Below are positions 55,730-64,000 of a stretch of DNA of 64,000 bases, piece after piece. The stretch comes from Octopus sinensis (taxonomy: Eukaryota), in contig NC_043026.1 of the NCBI RefSeq assembly GCF_006345805.1, positions 930,001-994,000 on the forward strand, read 5' to 3'. Both the position numbers and the translations under genes were made by a program. The first letter of the stretch is position 1; every line of letters begins with the position of its first letter. The notes beneath the pieces are model-generated. The model ran no database searches, was not told the DNA's origin, and worked only from the letters and a program-made list of their open reading frames with translations.

Positions 55730-55940
55730 TCTACTAAAGGCACAAGGCCTGAAATTTGGAGGAGAGGGCTAGTTAATTACAGCAACCCCAGTGCTTGACT
55801 GGTACTTAATTCAACGACCCCGTAAAGATGATGAAAGGCAAAGTCAAACTCGGTGGCATTTGAACTCGGAACATAACGACGGACTAAATACTGCTAAGCA
55901 TTTTGCACAGCATGCTAACGATTCTGCCAGCTCACCACCT
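55730..55940 (-). mobile_element. SINE family B
   Basis: Reverse complement of the head and central domain. Confidence 0.8.
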
Positions 55941-55945
55941 TAACC

Positions 55946-55997
<52 letters not shown>

Positions 55998-56142
55998 TAA
56001 CAATAATAATAATAATGTCGCTGTTAGAGCTGTTACTGCCCATGTATTTTAATTTAACCTTAAAAAAGAAAAAAAAAATGAACGAACTATTGAGTTTGGT
56101 TTAATGGCCTACCAATGTATACTTTGAGTTTCTTTGCCCTAG

Positions 56143-56206
56143 GAGTCGGGAAGACGCTCGGCAAGAAATGGAAGCAAATTTGAAAGAAGAAGAAAAAAAA
56201 AAATAA
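56143..56206 (+). CDS. Candidate terminal coding exon SREDARQEMEANLKEEEKKK* (unverified)
   Basis: tttctttgccctAG acceptor, protein-like open frame, TAA at 56204-56206, AATAAA hexamers downstream. Confidence 0.28.
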
Positions 56207-56212
56207 TAAAAA

Positions 56213-56256
<44 letters not shown>

Positions 56257-56390
56257 GTAAGACATAAAAATCAATAAATGGTTATTGATTGATTGATTGA
56301 CTAACTGGTGCACCAAAATTCTTTATGTCTGCTTGCTGTGAAAGTTATTCATTTTTGCTTTAAATAATAATCACCGAAATCTTTGTGAAG

Positions 56391-56422
<32 letters not shown>

Positions 56423-56589
56423 GAAATCAAATCTTAATGTCATTGCACTGATCTACATAGTAATTCCAAACAATTGCAAGTTACAAAATTCTGTGTTGGC
56501 CTGAGAAACCTGCTTCCCAAATATCTGATGCCAAACTCAATCTCAGTGGGTGCTACAACCTACAAATGTCTTCTACACACGCACGCACA

Positions 56590-57166
56590 CATCATCATCA
56601 TCATTGTTCGAGCGTGGTCGAGACAATGGAATTTACTATGCTACGCCAGACTTCACGGTCCATCATAGCATTACGGAGGTCCTGTTGCTGGATGCCTGTA
56701 TCCCTGGAGATTACATCAGGGTAGGAGAGTGTGCGACCTCTGGTATTGCGAGTAGATGGCTTCCAGAGGAGAAGAGTAGAAATTACCTCGTTTTCAGCTC
56801 TACAACAATGTCTAGTAAACTGGACTCTCCTACCTTTCACAAGAGAGATATGTATGTATGTATATATATATCATCATCATCATTGTTTGACCGTGGTCGA
56901 GACGATAGAATTTACTATGTTACACCAGACTTCACGGTCCATCATAGCATTACGGAGGTCCTGTTGCTTGATGCCTGTATCCCTGGAGATTACATCAGGG
57001 TAGGAGAGTGTGCGCTTTCTGGTATCGCGAGCAGATGGCTTCCAGAGGAGAAGAGTAGAAATTACTTCTTTTTCAGCTCTACAACAATGTCCAGCAAGCT
57101 GGGCTCTCCTACCTTTCAGAAGAGATGACACAGGTGGTAGTTTCCCATATATTTGCATTTTGGTTG
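56590..57166 (-). mobile_element. Tandem dimer of RTE-type LINE 3' ends
   Basis: Two ~245-bp copies separated by atatgtatgtatgtatatatat; the right copy extends upstream to HPTKMQIYGKLPPVSS. Confidence 0.85.
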
Positions 57167-57829
57167 GATGGCGCACACATATCGTGAAGGCACATGGCTC
57201 AATTATTAGAGCGTCGGGCTGACAATTATGAGGTAGTGAGTTCAATTCCCGGACCAGGCTGTGTGTTGTGTTCTTGAGCAAGACACTTTATTTCTAGCAA
57301 GATGATGAACCTGATAATGACCCACTTATTACCTTGTTCTTGCTGTTGTTATTTCTCCTCAAATTGGCCCTTTTCAAGCAGACCCTTTTCCCAGACATTA
57401 TCTATCCCAGTGTGCATCATTTGACCTTCAGATAAAAATGCTTTGCAGTATTTCTCCCAACTTATAACGTCCTGAGTTCAAATCCTACTACGGTTCAATT
57501 TGCCTTTTATTGTTTTCAACTCTGATAAAATAAAATATCAGTCACATACTGGGGGTCGATGCAATCAACTTGCCCCTTCTACCCAAAACTGCTGGCCTTG
57601 TGCCGACATTTGAAACCAATATCCATTTACTGTTCCTCTTTCATTTTACAAAGTGAGAAATAGCTGCTATTTCTAGCAGACTGTTTAACCTCATAGAGAC
57701 TTACACATTAGCATGTTGTTGTTGTTGTTGTCATTTTTGTTTACCCTGAAATCCGTTGTAAGCATGGTCTATCCCAGCATGCATTCTCCAATGTTTAGGC
57801 TAAAAAACCCCCATAGGGACCCACACATT

Positions 57830-58225
57830 AGCTTTATTCTTTTACTTATACTTGTTTCAGTCATTTGACTGTGGCCATGCTGGAGCACCACTTTTAGTCA
57901 AACAAATCGACCCCAGGACTTGTTCTTTCTAAGCCTAGCACTTATTCCATTAGTCTCTTTTGCTGAACAGCTAAGTTACAGGGTCGTAAACACACTAGCA
58001 TTGATTGTCAAGTGATGTTGGAGTGACAAACACAGACACACAAGCATATACACATGCATTCATATATACGTCTACAATGGGATTCTTTCAGTTTCCATCT
58101 ACCAAATCCACTTACAAGGCTTTGGTTGGCCTGAAGCTATAGCAGAATCCATTTGCCCAAATTGTCACACAGAGGGACTGAACCCAGAACCATGTGGTTG
58201 GTAACAAGCTACTTACCACACAGCC
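57830..58225 (-). mobile_element. SINE family A, diverged
   Basis: Reverse complement of the family A consensus. Confidence 0.8.
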
Positions 58226-58351
58226 ACTCCTGCCCCTAATTGCTGTTGATGTTGTTATTACTGTTGTTCTGGTTTACCTTCGGCTCAGCTCTAAAATTTT
58301 TTTTGACCATCTTTGCAGGCATAATGTATCCCAGCATGCATTCTATAGTTT

Positions 58352-58761
58352 CTCTTACTCTCTCTTTTACTTGTTTCAGTCATCTGACTGCGGCCATGCT
58401 GGAGCACCGCCTTTAGTCAAGCAAATTGACCCCGGGACTTATTCTTTGTAAGCCCAGTACTTATTCTATCGGTCTCTTTTGCCGGACCACTAAGTGACGG
58501 GGACGTAAACACACCAGCATCGGTTGTCAAGCGATGTTGGAGGGACAAACAGAGACACACAAACATATACACACACATATACATATATATACAGATATAC
58601 AACAGGCTTCTTTCAGTTTCCGCGTACCAAATCCACTCACAAGGCATTGGCAGCCCGAGGCTATAGTAGAAGACACTTGCCCAAGATGCCACGCAGTGGG
58701 ACTGAACCCGGAACCATGTGGTTGGTAAGCAAGCTACTTACCACACAGCCACTCCTGCGCC
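58352..58761 (-). mobile_element. SINE family A, full length
   Basis: Reverse complement of the family A consensus. Confidence 0.9.
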
Positions 58762-59481
58762 TATTCTCTAGTTTCTCTTGTTTTTTTCTTTCCTTTTTTT
58801 TCAAATGGAGAAGCAACTGCTATTTCTAGCAGGCCAAGTAACCTCATAAAGACTCTCTCTCCCTAGCATATTATTGTTGTGGCTTTATTCCATCGAATCT
58901 GTCCTCAACAAGCTGACCATCTTTGCAGACGTTATGTATCTCAGCATGTGTTTTTCCACCTGCTATTTCTAGCGAGCTGAGTAACCTCACACAGATTCAC
59001 TGACAAGCTCGTAGCTTTTGTTATTGCTGTGGCTGTTGTTGTTGCTGTTGTTGTTGTTGTTGTTACAATTCATTTGCTTTGTGGAGGAGTGTAGGTTGAT
59101 ATATAAATTGGGATATTTTGTTAATATTGATTTCTACTCTCGTCGAACAGTTGACCTAGTTTTATGACCTCTACTTACAAGAAAACGTACATCTATTATC
59201 ATGTGCGCACCATACATACTGAATGATACTCACAGAGTCCATTATATGCAATATACAATATATAACAACTGCACGGTGCAATCGTGGTCAGATGCTTAAG
59301 TAGCATGCATCGCATTGCAATATAATTTCCAGCGAAACTGTCTTTACGTTATGAGATCAATTTCTGTCGAGGTTAACTTTGCTTTTCATCCTTTCGGGGT
59401 TGATAAAATAAGTACCAGTTGCGCACTGGGGTCGAAGTAATAGGTCTGTCCCCAGTCGTGAAACTTCTGGCCCCACATATA

Positions 59482-59661
59482 GGCGCAGGAGTGGCTGTGT
59501 GGTAAGTAGCTTGCTTACCAACCACATGGTTCCGGGTTCAGTCTCACTGCGTGGCACCTTGGGCAAGTGTCTTCTGCTATAACCTCGGGCCGACCAAAGC
59601 CTTGTGAGTGGATTTGGTAGACGGAAACTGAAAGAAGCCTGTCGTATATATGTGTATATAT

Positions 59662-59698
<37 letters not shown>

Positions 59699-59922
59699 GT
59701 ATGTGTGTTTGTGTGTCTGTGTTTGTCCCCTTAGCATTGCTTGACAACCGACGCTGGTGTGTTTATGTCCCTGTTACTTAGCGGTTCAGCAAAAGAGACC
59801 GATAGAATAAGTACTAGGCTTACAAAAGAATAAGTCCCGCGGTCGAGTTGCTTGATTAAAGGCGGTGCTCCATCATGGCCACAGTCAAATGACTGAAACA
59901 AGTAAAAGAGTAAAAGAGAGTA
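59482..59922 (+). mobile_element. SINE family A, full length
   Basis: Matches the family A consensus. Confidence 0.9.
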
Positions 59923-60270
59923 TACCATAATTTGAAATCAATCTTATGTTTGCAAAGAGGGCAGCAAGCTGACGGATTCGTTACCAAGCAGGGTCTAAAT
60001 GCATAGCGGCATTTTGTTGGTCTATGTGTTCAAGGTTCAAGTTCCGTTGAAGTCAACTTTGCCTTTCATCTTTTAGGGTCGATAACAGGAGTACCTGATG
60101 GGCACTGGGTTCGAAGTAATTGGCTTATCTTCTACCATGAAACTTCTGGCCCTCAGCCAAAATTTGAAATCAATATTACGTCTGCAAAGATGGTCAGTTT
60201 GATAAAAACTGACCTGAGGGCAAAACAGAACAACAGTGAAGGAATAATAACAGCAATTGAAGCTAATGAA

Positions 60271-60790
60271 TTAGGCTCTATGAGGTTACTAAGCCTGCTA
60301 GAAATAGCAGCCACTTCTCCATTTGGAAAAAAAAAAACAGAAACTGGATAATGCATGCTGGGATACGTTATGCCTGCAAAGATGATCTGCTTGATGAGGG
60401 CAGATTTAATGAATTAGGCTCTATGAGGTTACTAAGCCTGCTAGAAATAGCAGCCACTTCTCCATTTGGGAAAAAAAATAACAGAAACTGGATAATGCAT
60501 GCTGGGATACGTTATGCCTGCAAAGATGATCTGCTTGATGAGGGCAGATTTAATGAATTAGGCTCTATGAGGTTACTAAGCCTGCTAGAAATAGCAACCA
60601 CTTCTCCATTTGGAAAAAAAATAACAGAAACTGGATAATGCATGCTGGGATACATTATGCCTGCAAAGATGATCTGCTTGATGAGGGCAGATTTGATGGA
60701 ATAAAACAGCAAACAGTATTAATAACAACAATGAAACTAATGAGCGAGACTCTATGAGGTTACTTAGCCTGCTAGAAATAGCAGCCATTT
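60271..60790. repeat. Tandem array of 143-144-bp units (3 full plus a partial)
   Basis: ttaggctctatgaggttactaagcctgctagaaatagc at 60271, 60414 and 60558; variant at about 60748. Confidence 0.9.
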
Positions 60791-61039
60791 CTCCCTTTGA
60801 AGAAAAATAATGAGAAAAGGGAGAGAGAAAGAGTGGAGAATGCATGCTGGGATGCACCATAAAATTGATCCTACTGTTTGGAAAACTGGGTTGAGGGAAG
60901 TTGTTTGGAAACACACCTGAGGACAAATATCCATCAAATGTCTATAATGTAAATGAAATGCCACTAAACAATTTTTCTGGCATGCCAACGCTTCCGCCAG
61001 CTGGCTGTCCTATTTTAACAGAAAATATTATTTTCTAAG

Positions 61040-61242
61040 CAAGGCACAAGGTCCGAAATTTCGGGAGAGGGGGCCAGTTGGTTAAATCAATTCCAGTATG
61101 CAACAGGTACTTAATTTATCGACCCTAAAAGGATGAAAAGCAAAATTGACCTCGGCAGAATTTGAACACAGAGCATAAAGACAGATGTAATACTGCTAAG
61201 CATTTTGCCCAGCATACTAACTTTTCTGCCAGCTCGCCATCT
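61040..61242 (-). mobile_element. SINE family B
   Basis: Reverse complement of the head and central domain. Confidence 0.8.
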
Positions 61243-61660
61243 TACAAGTAAAGTATATTGCTGAAGGTCTCAGTCACCTGTCACCACCTCCATGAGGCCC
61301 AATGTTTGAATGGTGCTTTTTACATGCCACTGGCACGGGTGCCAGTCACATATTGCATCATATTGCCCCACATTTGACGGGTGCAACTGGTACTTAATTT
61401 ATTGACACTGAAAGGATGAAAGGTAAAGTTGACCTCGGTGGAATTTGAATATTAAAGCAAAGAACTTAATATTTCTATCATTGTCCTTTTATCTTTATTT
61501 TTATAATCCCAAGGGAATTAAAATATTATTTTCATAGGTTCTATACATGTTTAAAGTAAAAATAAGTAAATAAAAATTTTCTGTAAGATAAAAAGGGTTT
61601 ATTTTTCATATTTTTGCTCATTTGGCCCATACTTTCATGCAAGCCTTTCCTGCTGTTAAA

Positions 61661-61867
61661 CCCTTTCGATACCAACCTGGCTGAAACCAGCTCAAATGTC
61701 TTGTTTTCCTAAGTTTTGAATTAAAATCTTCCACCAAACCTTAGTCACAATTTATGTTCCTAACACTAGCTTAATGATAACCAAATTATTTTACTAAATT
61801 CTTTATTATATTTAAAGTAATTGGAAGAAACACAGAGCATCTCAACAGAAATATGGTAACGAGAGGG
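61661..61867. mobile_element. piggyBac-like MITE, family 2
   Basis: CCCTTT ... GAGGG|TTAA; homologous to the next element. Confidence 0.75.
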
Positions 61868-61898
61868 TTAAAATATATAATAGAGAAACAATTCTTAA

Positions 61899-62119
61899 CC
61901 CTTTTGATACCAACCTGGTTGAAACCACCTCTGGTTCTGTAGTACAAATGTCTTGTTTTCATAAGTTTGGGATTAAAATCTTCCACCGAATCTTAGTCAC
62001 AATTTATGTCCCTAACACTAGCTTAATGATAACCAAGTTATTTTACTAAATTCTTTATTATATTTAAAGTAATTGAAAGAAACACAGAGCATCCCAAAAT
62101 AAATACAGTAATGAAAGGG
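61899..62119. mobile_element. piggyBac-like MITE, family 2
   Basis: TTAA|CCCTTT ... AAAGGG|TTAA. Confidence 0.8.
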
Positions 62120-62282
62120 TTAACGGCTAAACAGCATTGTGTTGGTGTAATAGATAACATTGTGTCTTATACTGCACTGTAATGATAGAATAGATATTGT
62201 AAGCACCCACTCTCGGAGTGGTTGGCATTAGGAAGGGCATCAAGCTGTAGAAACCTTGCTGAATTTGGATAAAGAACATTAA

Positions 62283-62503
62283 CCCTTTAGTGATTAAACT
62301 AGCTACATCCGGCCCAATATATTCTACATGTTTTATATTTGAACTAGCCATATCTAGTCTTTCACACCTTACCTACATTGACATTCTAAAAATAAACAAT
62401 CACATCATTGAAACCTCAAAGTTGTAAGATAATGCATGATTAATTCAAAACAATTTGAGTGAAAAAGTATTACATTTAACAGAGTAATCTGAACACAAAA
62501 GGG
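62283..62503. mobile_element. piggyBac-like MITE, family 1
   Basis: TTAA|CCCTTTAG ... AAAGGG|TTAA. Confidence 0.8.
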
Positions 62504-63252
62504 TTAAGAGCTGGAAAAAACTGTCTGTGGTGTCACGACGACGATGATGATGACGATGATGATGATGTTGAGGAGGAGGAGGATGCTAACGATTTTGCCA
62601 GATTGCTGTTGCAACAACAACAACAACAACAACACTAACAATAGTCTCAAATTTTAGCCCAAGGCCAGTGATTTCGAGCTGAGAGGGCAAGTCGACTACA
62701 TCGACCTAAGTACTTGATTGACCAGTACTTATTCCATCGATGCCAAAAGGATGAAAAGCAGAGGTCAGCCTGAGGTGGAATTCGAACTCGGGATGTAAAA
62801 AACATGGAAGAAACACCACAAAACTTTTCGCTCAACATGCTAACGATTCAGCCATCTCCTCACCTTTGTATCATTATAATGGAATGGGATGTTGTACTGA
62901 GCTGTAGAGGGCTAATGTAGCAGATATTATAGTTTATTGTCTAGCAGATAAAGATAACCCTTTTATTAATGGTGTGGACTATCAGAGACTGTAATCCGAA
63001 AATCATGAATTGGACTTAGCCACTAAAAGAGTAATTTAAACATTATATGTAATACGTAACACAGAAATATGCCACATGTTACATTAAACTAATTATAAAC
63101 AGTTCATTAAAAGAATGTGTGAGATAATGAGAGAGAGAAGGAAATGTAATTCTTCAGACAGACAAAATGGTTATGGTATAAAATTTGCGGCTGTGTGGTA
63201 AGATGCTTGCTTCCCAACCATATGGTTCCGGGATCAGTCCATATATACATAT

Positions 63253-63285
<33 letters not shown>

Positions 63286-63584
63286 CATAGAGACAGACAG
63301 ACAGACAGAGAGTTAGTTATATATATTGGAGTAGTTCAACTGATCAAAATGTAAACTCTGTAATGCCCATGATCTTCTACCCAGGGTACTCAAAATACAA
63401 AATTATATCATACATGCTTTGTAATTCAAATTGGGTGCAAAGTAAAACAATTATAGGCAATGTTAATTAATTAATAAATTAATTTATATCCACTGAATCT
63501 CTCCATTTTCAAACTTATTAATAATATTATATATATATATATATATATACATACGTGTGTGTGTGTGTGTGGTGTGTGTGTGCT

Positions 63585-63778
63585 GTTGCCACGTAAAATT
63601 GTTCTTCCCAACACCCACTCTACGGAGTGGGTGTTGGGAAGGGCATCCAGCCATAAAATCCCATGCCAAAAGAAACACCAAAGCCTGGCGCAGTCTTCTG
63701 CTTAGCCAGCCGTCGCCAAAACTGTCCAACCCATGCCAGCATGGAAAGCAGACATTTAATGACGATGATGATGATGAC
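63585..63778 (+). mobile_element. Family C, diverged subfamily
   Basis: gggaagggcatccagccataaaatc...catgccagcatggaaagcagac...gatgatgat. Confidence 0.75.
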
Positions 63779-63826
63779 ATATGCATATATTTATATGTAT
63801 GTATATTAATATATATATATATATAT

Positions 63827-63905
63827 ATATATAGAAAATAGTAAAAAGTGAAAAAACTACAGAAGGCTTCTGTAGTTTTTTCACTTTTTACTATTTTCTA
63901 TATAT
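63827..63905. repeat. Perfect inverted repeat, 39-bp arms, 1-nt spacer
   Basis: atatatagaaaatagtaaaaagtgaaaaaactacagaag-g-cttctgtagttttttcactttttactattttctatatat. Confidence 0.95.
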
Positions 63906-63942
63906 TCAACCACATGTTTTAACACACCAACTTTCTCACCTA

Positions 63943-63999
<57 letters not shown>

Positions 64000-64000
64000 A

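Overview
This is repeat-saturated animal genomic DNA, most likely from a coleoid cephalopod (Octopus-like). That assignment is inferred from the tRNA-derived SINE families and the extreme microsatellite load, and was not database-checked. No long host coding exon is recognisable, and nearly all ORF-track entries are translations of microsatellites or SINEs. Contents: at least five SINE-like families (my own working labels A-E), RTE-type LINE fragments, piggyBac-like and mariner-like MITEs, a non-autonomous Helitron, several mini/satellite arrays and a perfect 5,148-bp (ATC)n tract that is the expanded 3' tail of a retroposon. The most interesting signal is a set of hammerhead ribozyme motifs from three unrelated repeat families. 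One is an intact type I hammerhead at 10767-10855 (- strand) with a long stem II, and a nearby inverted copy of its downstream sequence begins at the predicted cleavage site. Four others are minimal Penelope-type hammerheads, two of which share a non-canonical CUGUCGA core. The window also records several rearrangements at base-pair resolution: a templated insertion, a twin-priming-type inversion, a mosaic retro-locus, a 114-bp duplication around a Helitron and a 79-bp palindrome. Three short candidate + strand exons splice in frame but have low confidence. SINE boundaries are approximate (about 10-20 bp). Everything was read by eye with no tools.
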